A stretch of 64,000 bases of DNA from Candidatus Avoscillospira avistercoris (GCA_018716875.1 DVJJ01000078.1:1275-65274), one strand, 5' to 3'; counted from the stretch's first letter, positions 36,983-47,346 are shown. The notes: generated from the letters alone by a model not told the origin. Translations and numbers: made by a program.

Positions 36983-38023
36983 TTATTCTTCCACCACATA
37001 GATGGTCACAGGCCGGTAACCGAACTGGATGCATTCATCCCATGTACTGAAATAGAGGTCCACTTTGTTGCCTTTGATCAGGCCGCCGGTATCCTCGGCA
37101 ATGCAGTAGCCGTAGACATATTGGCCGTCCTGAGAGACGATGTACAATTTAGAGCCCAGGGGAATCACACTGGGGTCCACGGCCACCTTGCCCACCTCGG
37201 CCACAGTGCCGGAGGCCGTGCGGCCCACATAGCCGGGACAGTTGTAGGCCGTGGCCTTGCCGTTGATGACCCGTTCATATTCCAACACCTCGCCGCCGGC
37301 GGTGACAATGGCGTTGCCCTCGGCGTCGGTGGGCATGGCGGCGCTTTCCGCGCCGCGGATGACAATGCGGTCCTTGGCTTCGGTGGTCACATTGGTGTCG
37401 GTGACCGTGCGGCTTACTTCCACACCGTTTTCATAGGTGACAGCGGCGGTGACGGTCTGCATGCCGTCGCTGCCCTCTTCCAAAACGGTCTCCTGGCCGG
37501 GCTGGAGGACGTTGTTGTGGAACACCTGCTCCCCGGCGGGGACGGTTTCCTCATAGGTGAGGGTTTTGGTTTCGACGCGGGTGATGACGATGGTCATGCC
37601 GGTTTCCGTGGGGGTGTCCAGGGGAACGGAACTCTTGTCGTCACTGTCCAGGGTGACGCCCACGGCGTCCAACACCTGGGAAACGGGCTCGCCGTAGGTG
37701 GCCAGGGTGTGGACCTGTCCGTCGGCCACCAGATGGACCGTCTGACGGCGCAGGACCGTCAGGTCCAGGCCGTCGGCCCCCTGGGCGGCGGTATAGACGT
37801 CGGACCGGCCCAACGTCACACCGGCTTCCTGCAGGACCTCGTCCGGGTCCCGGGTGAAGGTGGTGTGAACGATGACCTCGTCCCGGTCGTGAATCACATA
37901 GGTACTCTGGGCTGCCGCCGGAATCATCAGCGCCGAAGCCGTCAGGGCCGTGGTGACCACGGCGGAGGCCAAACGCTGCAAGGGGGAATGGCGGTGCAGC
38001 AGGGAGTAGGTACTGTAGTGCAT
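36983..38023 (-). CDS. YabE-like cell-wall protein (ubiquitin-like, G5 and 3D domains)
   Basis: Signal-like N-terminus, G5 repeat, ATAY..AVDP.VIPLG..AEDTGG.IKG.KVD. Confidence 0.9.
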   Translation of the reverse strand: MHYSTYSLLHRHSPLQRLASAVVTTALTASALMIPAAAQSTYVIHDRDEVIVHTTFTRDPDEVLQEAGVTLGRSDVYTAAQGADGLDLTVLRRQTVHLVADGQVHTLATYGEPVSQVLDAVGVTLDSDDKSSVPLDTPTETGMTIVITRVETKTLTYEETVPAGEQVFHNNVLQPGQETVLEEGSDGMQTVTAAVTYENGVEVSRTVTDTNVTTEAKDRIVIRGAESAAMPTDAEGNAIVTAGGEVLEYERVINGKATAYNCPGYVGRTASGTVAEVGKVAVDPSVIPLGSKLYIVSQDGQYVYGYCIAEDTGGLIKGNKVDLYFSTWDECIQFGYRPVTIYVVEE

Positions 38024-38308
38024 GGGGATACCTCCTTTTGCAGCCTGTATACTCTTGTTGAATAAATAACGATTGTTTACAAGCTGTAACTTTTTGTAAT
38101 CATATGCACGACAGGTATGTATTATAACGGGAAATTCGATTTTGTCAAGTTTTCAAGTAAAATTGCATTATTTTCTGAATTTTTTAGAATTTATGTAAAC
38201 ACAGGTTACATCTGTTATTTTGTATATATGCAAAAATTTCCCGGAAAAGTTCCGAAAAAATGAATACTGTTACAAAAGAGTTAACATAATGACAACAACA
38301 AATGGTAA

Positions 38309-38337
38309 TTGACATTTGCCATAGACTGTGCTAGAGT
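38309..38337 (+). promoter_or_regulatory. sigmaA promoter of thrS
   Basis: TTGACA-17-TAGAGT with TG. Confidence 0.65.
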
Positions 38338-38351
38338 AGGGATGAAAAAAT

Positions 38352-38607
38352 GGCGTTGACGAAGACGCGTCTCGTTCCCAGAAACCCAGAGAGGGGCCCG
38401 AATGGTGAAAGGGTCCTGCTTTATGGACGAAGACCTACCACTTCCGAGCTGCCCGGCTGAACCTCTTTTCAGAGCAGTAAGCGGGACGGGACCGCCCGTT
38501 ACAGCGGCCAATGAGCGGCGCCCCGTGGGGCGCAAGCAGGGTGGAACCGTGGAATACGACTTTGTATCCCACCCCTGATCGTTTGTCAGGGGCGGGATTT
38601 TTCTTTT
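38352..38607 (+). ncRNA. T-box riboswitch (Thr, ACC specifier)
   Basis: AGAGA and GGTGAAA boxes, ACC near 38437, T-box AAGCAGGGTGGAACCGTGG, terminator atcccacccctga/tcaggggcgggat plus T-run. Confidence 0.93.
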
Positions 38608-38637
38608 GCCCCTCAATCAGAAAAGGAGGAGCCCCAT

Positions 38638-40434
38638 ATGTCCGAAGAAAACCTGTACACCTTTGAAAATGAGGAATACCGCAAGACCTATTGGCACACC
38701 TGTTCCCATGTGATGGCCCAGGCTGTCAAGCGCCTGTGGCCCGAGACAAAGCTGGCCATCGGTCCTGCCATCGACAACGGCTTCTATTATGATCTGGACT
38801 CCGAAAAGGCGTTTACGCCGGAGGATCTGGAGAAGATCGAAGCCGAAATGCGGAAGATCTGCAAGGAAAAGCTGAAGCTGGAGCGGTTCGAGCTGCCCCG
38901 TGCCGAGGCGCTGAAGCTGATGGAGGAGCAGAGCGAGCCCTACAAGGTGGAGCTGATCAACGATCTGCCGGAGGATGCCCATATCTCCTTCTATAAGCAG
39001 GGCGAGTTTACCGACCTGTGCGCCGGTCCCCATCTGGACTCCACGGGCCGCATCAAGGGCAACGCCATCAAGCTGACCCAGTGCTGCGGCGCATATTGGC
39101 GCGGCGATTCCAACCGGAAGATGCTCCAGCGTATCTACGGCGTGGCCTTCCCCAAGAAGGACGAGCTGGACGAGTATCTGGCCAAGCAGGCCGAGGCCCT
39201 CAAGCGGGACCACAACAAACTGGGCCGGGAACTGGAATATTTCACCACCGTCGATGTCATCGGCCAGGGTTTGCCGGTGCTGCTGCCCAAGGGCGCCAGA
39301 GTTATCCAGCAGCTCCAGCGCTGGGTGGAGGACGAGGAGCAGAAGCGCGGCTATCTGCTGACCAAGACGCCTCTGATGGCAAAGCGGGAGCTCTATAAGA
39401 TCTCCGGCCACTGGGACCACTATCTGGACGGCATGTTTGTCCTGGGCGATCCCTACGATGAGACGAAGGAGTGCTTCGCTCTGCGTCCCATGACCTGCCC
39501 CTTCCAGTACCAGGTCTATCTGAACCGGGCCCGTTCTTACCGTGATCTGCCCATGCGGCTGGGCGAGACGTCCACCCTGTTCCGCAACGAGGATTCCGGT
39601 GAGATGCACGGTCTGATCCGTGTCCGTCAGTTCACTATCTCCGAGGGCCACCTGGTCCTGCGTCCCGAGCAGCTGGAAGAGGAGTTCAAGGGCTGCCTGG
39701 ACCTGGCCAAGTACTGCCTGGGCACTGTGGGCCTGCTGGACAAGTGTACGTTCCGCTTCTCCCAGTGGGACCCGGCCAACCCCAACAATAAATATGAAGG
39801 CACGCCGGAGCAGTGGGAGGAAGCCCAGCGGGTCATGGGTCAGATTCTCGATGATCTGGACGTGAACTACACCGTCGGCATTGACGAGGCCGCCTTCTAC
39901 GGTCCCAAGCTGGACATTCAGTATAAGAATGTTTACGGCAAGGAGGATACGCTGGTCACCATTCAGATTGATATGCTCCTGGCCAAGCAATTCGGCATGG
40001 AGTACACTGATACCGACGGCCAGAAGAAGACGCCGTATATCATCCACCGCACGTCTCTGGGCTGCTATGAGCGTACCCTGGCCTACCTGATTGAGGAGTA
40101 CGCCGGCGCCCTGCCCACCTGGATGGCTCCCGAGCAGGCCCGCATTATGACCATCACCGAGCGGACCAACGATTACGCCTGGGAGGTCAAGAAGCAGCTG
40201 GAAGCCCTGGGTATCCGGGTGGAAGTGGACGACCGCAACGAGAAGATCGGCAAGAAGATCCGCGAGGCCCAGCTGGAGAAGGTGCCCTTTATGCTGGTGG
40301 TGGGCGACAAGGAGGCCGAGAACGGCCAGGTTGCCGTCCGGACCCGCAAGGGCGTGGACGAAGGTGTTATGAGCGTGGCGGACTTCGGCAAGCGCATCCG
40401 CGAGGAAATCGATACCAAGGGAAGAGCAGTCTGA
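38638..40434 (+). CDS. thrS: Threonine--tRNA ligase (no N-terminal TGS domain)
   Basis: HTCSH, DLCAGPH, RDHNKLG, RPMTCP, FYGPKLD, IIHR. Confidence 0.97.
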   Translation: MSEENLYTFENEEYRKTYWHTCSHVMAQAVKRLWPETKLAIGPAIDNGFYYDLDSEKAFTPEDLEKIEAEMRKICKEKLKLERFELPRAEALKLMEEQSEPYKVELINDLPEDAHISFYKQGEFTDLCAGPHLDSTGRIKGNAIKLTQCCGAYWRGDSNRKMLQRIYGVAFPKKDELDEYLAKQAEALKRDHNKLGRELEYFTTVDVIGQGLPVLLPKGARVIQQLQRWVEDEEQKRGYLLTKTPLMAKRELYKISGHWDHYLDGMFVLGDPYDETKECFALRPMTCPFQYQVYLNRARSYRDLPMRLGETSTLFRNEDSGEMHGLIRVRQFTISEGHLVLRPEQLEEEFKGCLDLAKYCLGTVGLLDKCTFRFSQWDPANPNNKYEGTPEQWEEAQRVMGQILDDLDVNYTVGIDEAAFYGPKLDIQYKNVYGKEDTLVTIQIDMLLAKQFGMEYTDTDGQKKTPYIIHRTSLGCYERTLAYLIEEYAGALPTWMAPEQARIMTITERTNDYAWEVKKQLEALGIRVEVDDRNEKIGKKIREAQLEKVPFMLVVGDKEAENGQVAVRTRKGVDEGVMSVADFGKRIREEIDTKGRAV

Positions 40435-40550
40435 GACTGTCCAAACGATTGGAAACAAACGCCGCAATAGCGGAGCAGAAGGTGTGCGGGGGCCAAAAGC
40501 CTCCGCACACCGATTTTGATGGAACAAATATGCAATGGTTCTGATAAGAT

Positions 40551-40584
40551 ATGACGCCGGGCCAATGGCCCGACGTCATTTTTT
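40551..40584 (+). terminator. Rho-independent terminator
   Basis: atgacgccgggcc-aat-ggcccgacgtcat plus T-run. Confidence 0.65.
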
Positions 40585-40697
40585 GTTGCCGGTTTGACAT
40601 GGTTTTGCCGTTGGTTTGTTGTTGACGGTAATTTGGGAACAGTGTATGCTGCAATTAGTAAGGAAGTGTGACCATTTATGCGGAAAGGAGGAACTTT

Positions 40698-41702
40698 ATG
40701 AGACGAATGCACCTTTCAGCGCTGCTGCTGGCGCTGCTTCTGCTCCTCACCGCCTGCGGCGGTCCGGCGGAGACACAGGGGACGTCGCAGGAAGAAACGC
40801 CGCAGACGGAACAGGGCAACGCGTCGGGCCAGGAGACCGGTCCGGCAGAGGGTACCGGGGCGGAGACTACGCCGGAAGAGACGCCGGAGACCTTTACGTT
40901 CACCAGAGAAAACTTCCCAAGGCTGGACGGCTCCACCTCCACAGTGCCGCTGGCGGAGGCGGTCTGTGCGGTGCTGCTGGGCGAGTCCAGGGAATCGGTG
41001 GCGGACCTGGTGCAGTTCTCCAAAACCAGCCAGTCCTACCGGCAGCTGATCAGCGGAAATTGTGATCTGCTGATTGTCGGAGAGCCCAGCACCGAGGTGC
41101 TGGAGGAAAAGGAAGAGAAGGGGTTTGCATGGATACAGACACCCTTTGCTGACGATGCCTTTGTGTTCGTGGTCAACGTGGACAACCCGGTGGACTCCAT
41201 CACGGTGGAACAAGCCCGTGCCATTTACGCCGGGGAAATCACCAACTGGTCGGAACTGGGCGGCGAGGACCGGGAGATTTTGGCCTTTCAGCGGGACGCG
41301 GAGGCAGGCAGTCAAAACCTTATGGAAAAGCTGGTTATGCAGGGAACGCCCATGATGGATCCGCCGGAGGGATTTGTGGTTACTGGCATGGATGAGCTGA
41401 TGCGGGTGGTCCGCAGCTACGACGGTTCGCCGGGGGCCATTGGCTACAGCGTCTACTATTACGCACGGGAAATGGAGATGGCGGAGGGGTTAAAAATTCT
41501 GGCCATCGACGGCGTGACTCCCTCGCCGGAAACCATCCGGGACGGGTCCTACCCGCTGCGAAATCCCAAGTATGTGGTGATTCCGGACGATGCGCCGGAG
41601 GACGCGCCCAACCGGATTCTATACGATTGGCTGTTGGGGCCTGACGGCCAAAAGCTGGTGGAATCGGAGGGCTATGTGGCTGTGGCAGGTGAGAACCCAT
41701 GA
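40698..41702 (+). CDS. PstS-like substrate-binding lipoprotein
   Basis: Lipobox LTAC; DGSTSTVP, IYAGEITNWSELGG, AIGYS, IRDGSYPL. Confidence 0.85.
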   Translation: MRRMHLSALLLALLLLLTACGGPAETQGTSQEETPQTEQGNASGQETGPAEGTGAETTPEETPETFTFTRENFPRLDGSTSTVPLAEAVCAVLLGESRESVADLVQFSKTSQSYRQLISGNCDLLIVGEPSTEVLEEKEEKGFAWIQTPFADDAFVFVVNVDNPVDSITVEQARAIYAGEITNWSELGGEDREILAFQRDAEAGSQNLMEKLVMQGTPMMDPPEGFVVTGMDELMRVVRSYDGSPGAIGYSVYYYAREMEMAEGLKILAIDGVTPSPETIRDGSYPLRNPKYVVIPDDAPEDAPNRILYDWLLGPDGQKLVESEGYVAVAGENP

Positions 41703-42844
41703 AACGTCTGTGGATTGTGGCATTGCTGCTGGCGCTGCTGACGGCCTGCGCCGCCCCGGCGGATGGGACGGCGGACCAAAGGGCGGAGGAGCCGTCCAAG
41801 ACCGACCAGACCCCACCGGCAGAGGAGACGGAAACGGTGGAACAGGCCAACGCCGGTGCGTACCATGTGCCGGTGGACTGGTCGCAGCTGGCACAGGAAC
41901 AAGAAGCTCTGGAACCGGTAGGGGAGCAGTGGTACGATCCTCTGCCGGAGGATTTGCAGCCCTCTGATGACTACGGCCCGCTGATGCCTTATGCGGGCCA
42001 ACGGCTGTACGACGATTGGCCCAGCCAAACCGGCTGCCTCTATGGTCTGATGACCATGGACGGTGTGGCGGTCACAGCGCCCACCTATTCCTCCATTGAG
42101 CGTCCTTCCTACAATGTGCCGGAGGCGCTGCCGCTGATTTTGCTGCGCCGGGGCGAGCCGGGTGAGGATGACTACTCCGTAAAGGGTTTCTATGCCGTGG
42201 CTGCCCTGGACGGCAGCTGGTGCACCGACTTTCAATATCTCGCCTGGGTGTATGCTCCGGACGGCGTTCTGCTCTACGACCAGGAGACCGTGTCGTGGAT
42301 GTCTCTGGAAGGGGAAATTCTGAGCCGCTGGACGGCATCGGATTTGGGGATTTCTCAGGAGGCGTTCGATGAAATGGTAGATCTGAAAATCTACGGCGCG
42401 GGCTGGGTGGGGGAGTGCTACGGCGACCAGCTCTGCGTGGAAGCCGATGACGAGGCGGATCGTTTCGTCTGTTATGACCTGAACACCGGTGTCCGGACCA
42501 CCATGACCCTCAAGGAACTGTGGGCACAGGAAACGCAGCCGCCATATTTGGAGCCGGAATCCGTGGTGCCGGACGCCATGCGGCTGCGGGATACCTGGCT
42601 GGGCGACACGGCTCCCGGTCTGCTGGAGCATACGGAGTACGGCGAAACCGCCAAAACCATCACCTACTATCGGGAGGACGGCACGCCGCTGTCGGAGCTG
42701 ACGAAACTGGCGCCCCGGTGGTATGACCGTGTTTCCGTGGTGGGCGGTATGATTGAGGTGTTGGAGTTGCAGACGGCGTCGTATTATGATTTGGAGACAA
42801 TGCAATGCCGGTTCCGTACCAGTTTGCACTATCTGCCGGAGTGA
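41699..42844 (+). CDS. Acidic lipoprotein of unknown function
   Basis: Lipobox LTAC; ATGA coupling to the upstream gene; one WG-repeat-like segment LYGLMTMDG..VTAPTY. Confidence 0.7.
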   Translation: MKRLWIVALLLALLTACAAPADGTADQRAEEPSKTDQTPPAEETETVEQANAGAYHVPVDWSQLAQEQEALEPVGEQWYDPLPEDLQPSDDYGPLMPYAGQRLYDDWPSQTGCLYGLMTMDGVAVTAPTYSSIERPSYNVPEALPLILLRRGEPGEDDYSVKGFYAVAALDGSWCTDFQYLAWVYAPDGVLLYDQETVSWMSLEGEILSRWTASDLGISQEAFDEMVDLKIYGAGWVGECYGDQLCVEADDEADRFVCYDLNTGVRTTMTLKELWAQETQPPYLEPESVVPDAMRLRDTWLGDTAPGLLEHTEYGETAKTITYYREDGTPLSELTKLAPRWYDRVSVVGGMIEVLELQTASYYDLETMQCRFRTSLHYLPE

Positions 42845-42873
42845 ACGACGACGAACAACGATACATTTTCCAC

Positions 42874-42902
42874 TTGACCTTTTGATGCTTGCGTAATATA
42901 AT
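42874..42902 (+). promoter_or_regulatory. sigmaA promoter
   Basis: TTGACC-17-TATAAT. Confidence 0.7.
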
Positions 42903-42937
42903 GAATTAAATTATTACTATAGAAAAGAGGATGTGTC

Positions 42938-44128
42938 ATGGAATTTCGCTTCTCCAAGAAGGTCAGCCAGATCAGCGGCGCTGCCATTGAAGAGATTTTA
43001 AAGTACGCCGGTGATCCCACGGTGATTTCTCTGGCCGGCGGCAATCCGGCCACGGAGACCTTTCCGGCGGCGGAGCTGGGCGAGATTGCCCAAGAGCTGC
43101 TGACGAAACAGCCGTCCCTGGCGCTGCAGTACAACACGCCCAGAGGGTACGCGCCGTTCCGGGAACTGCTGACGGCGCGGCTGCGGGACCATGACAACAT
43201 CGGTCGGGATTTCGATGACCTGTTCATCGTCACCGGCGGCCAGCAGGCTGTGGACCTGCTGACAAAGGTGATGTGCGACGAGGGGGACGTGGTTCTGGTG
43301 GAGGAGCCGTCCTTTGTGGGCGCTCTTAACGCGTTCCGCTCCTACGGCGCCAAGCTGGTGGGCGTGAAGATGGAGGACGACGGCATCGATGTGGCTGGTC
43401 TGGAGGCGGCGCTGCAAGCCAACCCCAACGCCAAGCTGTTCTATACCATTCCCTCCTTCCACAACCCCACGGGTATCACCACCTCCTATGAAAAACGGAA
43501 GGCCGTTTATGCCCTCTGTGCCCAGTACGGCGTGGTGATTCTCGAGGACAATCCCTACGGCGAACTGACCTTCGACGGCGAAAAGCTGCCCACCTATAAA
43601 TCCATGGACGGGGAGGGAATCGTCCTCTATTGCAATTCCTTCTCTAAAGTCCTGTCGCCGGGTCTCCGCGTGGGCTACGCCGTGGGCCACAAGGATATCA
43701 TTCAAAAAATGGTCGATTCCAAGCAGACCTGTGACGTCCATACCCCCATCCTCAACCAGCTGATGACCTACGAATATCTGAAACGGTATAATATTGACGC
43801 GGCCATTGCCAAAATGCGGGTCCTCTACCGGGAAAAATGTCAGGTGATGCTGGACGCCATCGAGGACTATCTGCCCAAGTCCATCACCCATACAGTGCCC
43901 AAAGGCGGCCTGTTTGTCTGGTGCGATATGCACGGCGACTACGACACCAGGGAAGTGGCCCAGTATTGCGCCCAGCGAAAAGTGGTGTTTGTCCCCGGCT
44001 GTACGTTTATGGTGGACGATCAGGCCCCGTGCTCGGCGTTCCGGCTCAACTACTCCACCATGGAAAACGCACGCATTGTCGAGGGTGTGAAGCTCCTGGG
44101 CGAAGCATTGCGGAATTTTATGAAATAG
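42938..44128 (+). CDS. PLP-dependent class I/II aminotransferase (LysN-like)
   Basis: ISLAGGNP, FHNPTG, EDNPYGEL, SFSKVLSPGLRVG. Confidence 0.92.
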   Translation: MEFRFSKKVSQISGAAIEEILKYAGDPTVISLAGGNPATETFPAAELGEIAQELLTKQPSLALQYNTPRGYAPFRELLTARLRDHDNIGRDFDDLFIVTGGQQAVDLLTKVMCDEGDVVLVEEPSFVGALNAFRSYGAKLVGVKMEDDGIDVAGLEAALQANPNAKLFYTIPSFHNPTGITTSYEKRKAVYALCAQYGVVILEDNPYGELTFDGEKLPTYKSMDGEGIVLYCNSFSKVLSPGLRVGYAVGHKDIIQKMVDSKQTCDVHTPILNQLMTYEYLKRYNIDAAIAKMRVLYREKCQVMLDAIEDYLPKSITHTVPKGGLFVWCDMHGDYDTREVAQYCAQRKVVFVPGCTFMVDDQAPCSAFRLNYSTMENARIVEGVKLLGEALRNFMK

Positions 44129-44184
44129 GTGAATTTCCCCTTGCTTTTTCCGAAAGTCTGTGATATCATTTGTTAGTCTGTGAA

Positions 44185-44250
44185 TGGATGCGTCCTCTGC
44201 CGCTGCCGGCACAAGAAGTGCTGCGGCATTCCCTGCGGTAAGAACGTCCA
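44185..44250 (+). ncRNA. L19 leader-like RNA
   Basis: tggatg-cg-tcctctg...aagaacgtcca stem upstream of rplS. Confidence 0.55.
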
Positions 44251-44271
44251 AAATTAAAGGAGGACAAACAA

Positions 44272-44613
44272 ATGGATCTGATGAAGGCTCTGGCCAACCA
44301 GTACATGAAAGAAAACGCTCCTCAGGTCAGCGTTGGCGATACGGTTCGCGTTCATGTCAAAATCAAGGAAGGTTCCCGCGAGAGAATCCAGGTTTTTGAA
44401 GGCACTGTCATTGCCAAGAAGCATGGCGGTCTGGAAGAGACCATCACCGTTCGCCGTCTGAGCTACGGCGTGGGCTGCGAGAAGGTGTTCCCCCTGCATT
44501 CTCCCCTGCTGGAGAAGATCGAGGTGGTCCGCCATGGTAAGGTGCGCCGCGCCAAGCTGTACTACCTGCGTTCCCGCCTGGGCAAGTCTGCCAAGGTCAA
44601 GGAAAAGGTGTAA
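44272..44613 (+). CDS. rplS: 50S ribosomal protein L19
   Basis: [34 protein letters not shown]. Confidence 0.97.
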   Translation: MDLMKALANQYMKENAPQVSVGDTVRVHVKIKEGSRERIQVFEGTVIAKKHGGLEETITVRRLSYGVGCEKVFPLHSPLLEKIEVVRHGKVRRAKLYYLRSRLGKSAKVKEKV

Positions 44614-44618
44614 TTCTC

Positions 44619-44650
44619 AAAAAGAGGAGGCCTTCGGGCCTCCTTTTTTG
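44619..44650 (+). terminator. Rho-independent terminator
   Basis: gaggaggcc-ttcg-ggcctcctt followed by T-run. Confidence 0.85.
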
Positions 44651-44814
44651 CGTTGATTTGGGAAAGTGTGACCAATGTGTAAAAAAGTCCGGCCGAGACT
44701 TTTCTTATGCGCCGGGACTGTGTATAATGGATAGTGGCGCGATGGCGCCGAATTTATCATGGAACTATCGCCGCGGCGTTGCAGCCTGCGGCTGACCATA
44801 GAAAGAAGGCCCTT

Positions 44815-45459
44815 ATGAACGAAGAAGCACGGCAGCATCCTGAGGAATTGCCGGAAAACGCCCCGAAAAAAGACGAAAAAAACGGCGGTTTTGAGCTGTA
44901 CCAACTGCTGCGGGACATGGTCTATACGCTGGTGGCCGTGACCATTGTGTTCGTCTTTATTATCCGTATGGTCAGTGTGGACGGCAGCTCCATGTACCCC
45001 ACGCTGCACCACAGCGACTATCTGGCCCTGCTCAGCAGCACCATCTGCGGCGACCCGGAGCCGGGGGACATTGTGGTAATGACGGTGCCCGCCGAGGAGT
45101 TCCAGAACGAACCCATTGTCAAACGGGTGATTGCCACTGAGGGACAGACGGTGGATATCGACTTTAACGCCGGTGTTGTCTATGTGGACGGCGTGGCCCT
45201 GGACGAGCCCTACACCTATGAACCCACCTATGTGAGCTTCCAGGAAATCGGGGAGGGGCTGGAGTATCCGGTCACTGTGCCGGAGGGTCATATTTTTGTC
45301 CTGGGCGACAACCGCAACGGCTCCTCCGACAGCCGCTATGCCCCCATCGGCATGGTGGACGAACGGGATGTCTTGGGCAAGGTTCTCTGTATCCTGCTGC
45401 CCGGCGCCGATGAGGACACCGGGAAGCGGGACTGGAGCAGAATCGGAGGTGTTTCCTGA
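44815..45459 (+). CDS. lepB: Signal peptidase I
   Basis: GSSMYPTL, IVKRVI, LGDNRNGSSDSR. Confidence 0.94.
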   Translation: MNEEARQHPEELPENAPKKDEKNGGFELYQLLRDMVYTLVAVTIVFVFIIRMVSVDGSSMYPTLHHSDYLALLSSTICGDPEPGDIVVMTVPAEEFQNEPIVKRVIATEGQTVDIDFNAGVVYVDGVALDEPYTYEPTYVSFQEIGEGLEYPVTVPEGHIFVLGDNRNGSSDSRYAPIGMVDERDVLGKVLCILLPGADEDTGKRDWSRIGGVS

Positions 45460-46341
45460 ATGGACTGCGAAAATTTGAATATCCAGTGGTATCCGGGCCA
45501 CATGACAAAAACCCGGCGGCAGATGGAAGAGGATTTGAAACTGGTGGACGCGGTCTGTGAGATTCTCGACGCCCGCATTCCCTATTCCAGCCGCAACCCG
45601 GACATTGCATCCATCTGCGGTAATAAGCCCCGGATGGTGATTCTCAACCGCACGGATTTGGCCGACCCGGCAGAGACCAAGCGGTGGGCCGAGTGGTTCC
45701 GCGCTCAGGGGTTGGCGGCCATCCAGACCGACTGCAAATCGAAAAAGGGCGTGTCTGCATTCCAGCCCGCCGTCCGGGAGCTGCTGGCGGAAAAATTGCA
45801 GCGCTACCGGGACAAGGGCCAGGTGGGCCGCAGCCTGCGGGTCATGGTGGTGGGCATCCCCAATGTGGGCAAATCCACCTTTATCAACCAGGTTTCCGGC
45901 CGCAAGGGCGCAAAAGCGGAAAACCGTCCCGGCGTTACAAGAGGAAAACAGTGGGTGTCTGTGGACCGGGAACTGCTGCTCCTGGACACGCCGGGCATCC
46001 TGTGGCCCAAGTTTGAGGACCCCCGCGTGGGCATGATGCTGGCCTATACCGGCGCCGTTAAGGACGGCGTATTGGATGTGGAGGAGCTGGCCTGCCATCT
46101 CATTGAAATGCTGTGGCAGCGCTACCCGCAGAATTTAAAGGAGCGGTACAAAATGGACTGCCCCGCCGACGCGCCCGGCTGGGAACTGCTGGAGGAACTG
46201 GGCAGACGCCGGGGCTTCCGGATTTCCGGCGGCGACGTGGATTTGGAGCGGGCCGCCAAGGTCCTGCTGGACGAATACCGCGGCTGTAAAATCGGCCGCT
46301 TTACATTGGAAGGCCCCGAGATCTACGAGGTGACGGAATGA
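45460..46341 (+). CDS. ylqF: Ribosome biogenesis GTPase RbgA/YlqF
   Basis: IQWYPGHM, DARIP, GIPNVGKS, DTPG. Confidence 0.96.
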   Translation: MDCENLNIQWYPGHMTKTRRQMEEDLKLVDAVCEILDARIPYSSRNPDIASICGNKPRMVILNRTDLADPAETKRWAEWFRAQGLAAIQTDCKSKKGVSAFQPAVRELLAEKLQRYRDKGQVGRSLRVMVVGIPNVGKSTFINQVSGRKGAKAENRPGVTRGKQWVSVDRELLLLDTPGILWPKFEDPRVGMMLAYTGAVKDGVLDVEELACHLIEMLWQRYPQNLKERYKMDCPADAPGWELLEELGRRRGFRISGGDVDLERAAKVLLDEYRGCKIGRFTLEGPEIYEVTE

Positions 46342-46973
46342 CGAACTTATGGGAAATTGAACAGGGCTGTTTTGACGATGGACTGGAAATTGTCTGCGGC
46401 GTGGACGAGGCGGGCCGGGGCCCCCTGGCCGGACCGGTCTGCGCGGCGGCGGTGATTCTGCCGCCCCATCTAGAGCTGCCGGGCCTCAACGATTCCAAGA
46501 AGCTGACGGACAAGAAGCGCCGGGAGCTGTACGACCTGATTACCGAGCAGGCCACGGCCTACGCCATTGCGTTGGTGGACGAGAAAACCATTGACGAGAT
46601 CAATATTTTGCAGGCCACCTTCCGGGCTATGGAGCAGGCTGTCAGGGATCTCAAGGTTCGGCCCCAGCTGGCCCTGGTGGACGGCAACCGGGAACCCAGT
46701 CCCGATGATGTGGCGGTCCGCTGCGTTGTCGGCGGCGACGGCAAAAGCGCATCCATTGCGGCGGCGTCCATTCTGGCCAAGGTCACACGGGACCGGCTTA
46801 TGGAGGAATTGGACGGACCCTATCCGGAGTACGGCTTTGCCGTCCACAAGGGATACGGTACCAAACGCCATTACGCGGCCCTGCGGGAATTTGGCCCTTG
46901 TCCCATCCACCGGCAGAGTTTTTTGAAGAAATTCTATGAAAAAGAAGCCGAACTTGCTGGGACCCTGGGGTGA
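46338..46973 (+). CDS. rnhB: Ribonuclease HII
   Basis: GVDEAGRGPLAGPV, DSKKL, AASILAKVTRD. Confidence 0.96.
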   Translation: MTNLWEIEQGCFDDGLEIVCGVDEAGRGPLAGPVCAAAVILPPHLELPGLNDSKKLTDKKRRELYDLITEQATAYAIALVDEKTIDEINILQATFRAMEQAVRDLKVRPQLALVDGNREPSPDDVAVRCVVGGDGKSASIAAASILAKVTRDRLMEELDGPYPEYGFAVHKGYGTKRHYAALREFGPCPIHRQSFLKKFYEKEAELAGTLG

Positions 46974-47301
46974 AGCCCTGGCCGCCGACTATCTGCGGAA
47001 ACAGGGCTATCAGATTGTGGGGGCCAATTACCGGTGCCGCTTCGGGGAAATCGACCTGATCGCCCAAAAAGGGCAGTATCTGGTCTTTGTGGAAGTGAAG
47101 CTCCGGGCCGGGAGCGGTTTTGCCGAAGCACGGGAGTATGTGGACTACCGCAAACAGGAGCGGCTCCGCAGCGCGGCCCTGCTGTATCTGTCCCAGCGGG
47201 AAACGGAATTGCAGCCCCGCTTTGATGTGGTGGAGATCTACGCCCCCCAGGGATTGGACACAAAACGACCTAAGTATATTCATTTGGAGAACGCCTTCTG
47301 A
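46936..47301 (+). CDS. yraN: YraN-family protein
   Basis: G..GE..A..YL, GEIDLI, FVEVK.R, RFDVV. Confidence 0.92.
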   Translation: MKKKPNLLGPWGEALAADYLRKQGYQIVGANYRCRFGEIDLIAQKGQYLVFVEVKLRAGSGFAEAREYVDYRKQERLRSAALLYLSQRETELQPRFDVVEIYAPQGLDTKRPKYIHLENAF

Positions 47302-47346
47302 GGGTTCGACGAAATTAGCGCGACACACGATATAATATATAAATAC

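Noticed and set aside
38638-38720. ThrS N-terminal truncation as a pseudogene
   Set aside because: Strong RBS, intact T-box and intact editing and catalytic motifs; TGS-less ThrRS forms are known
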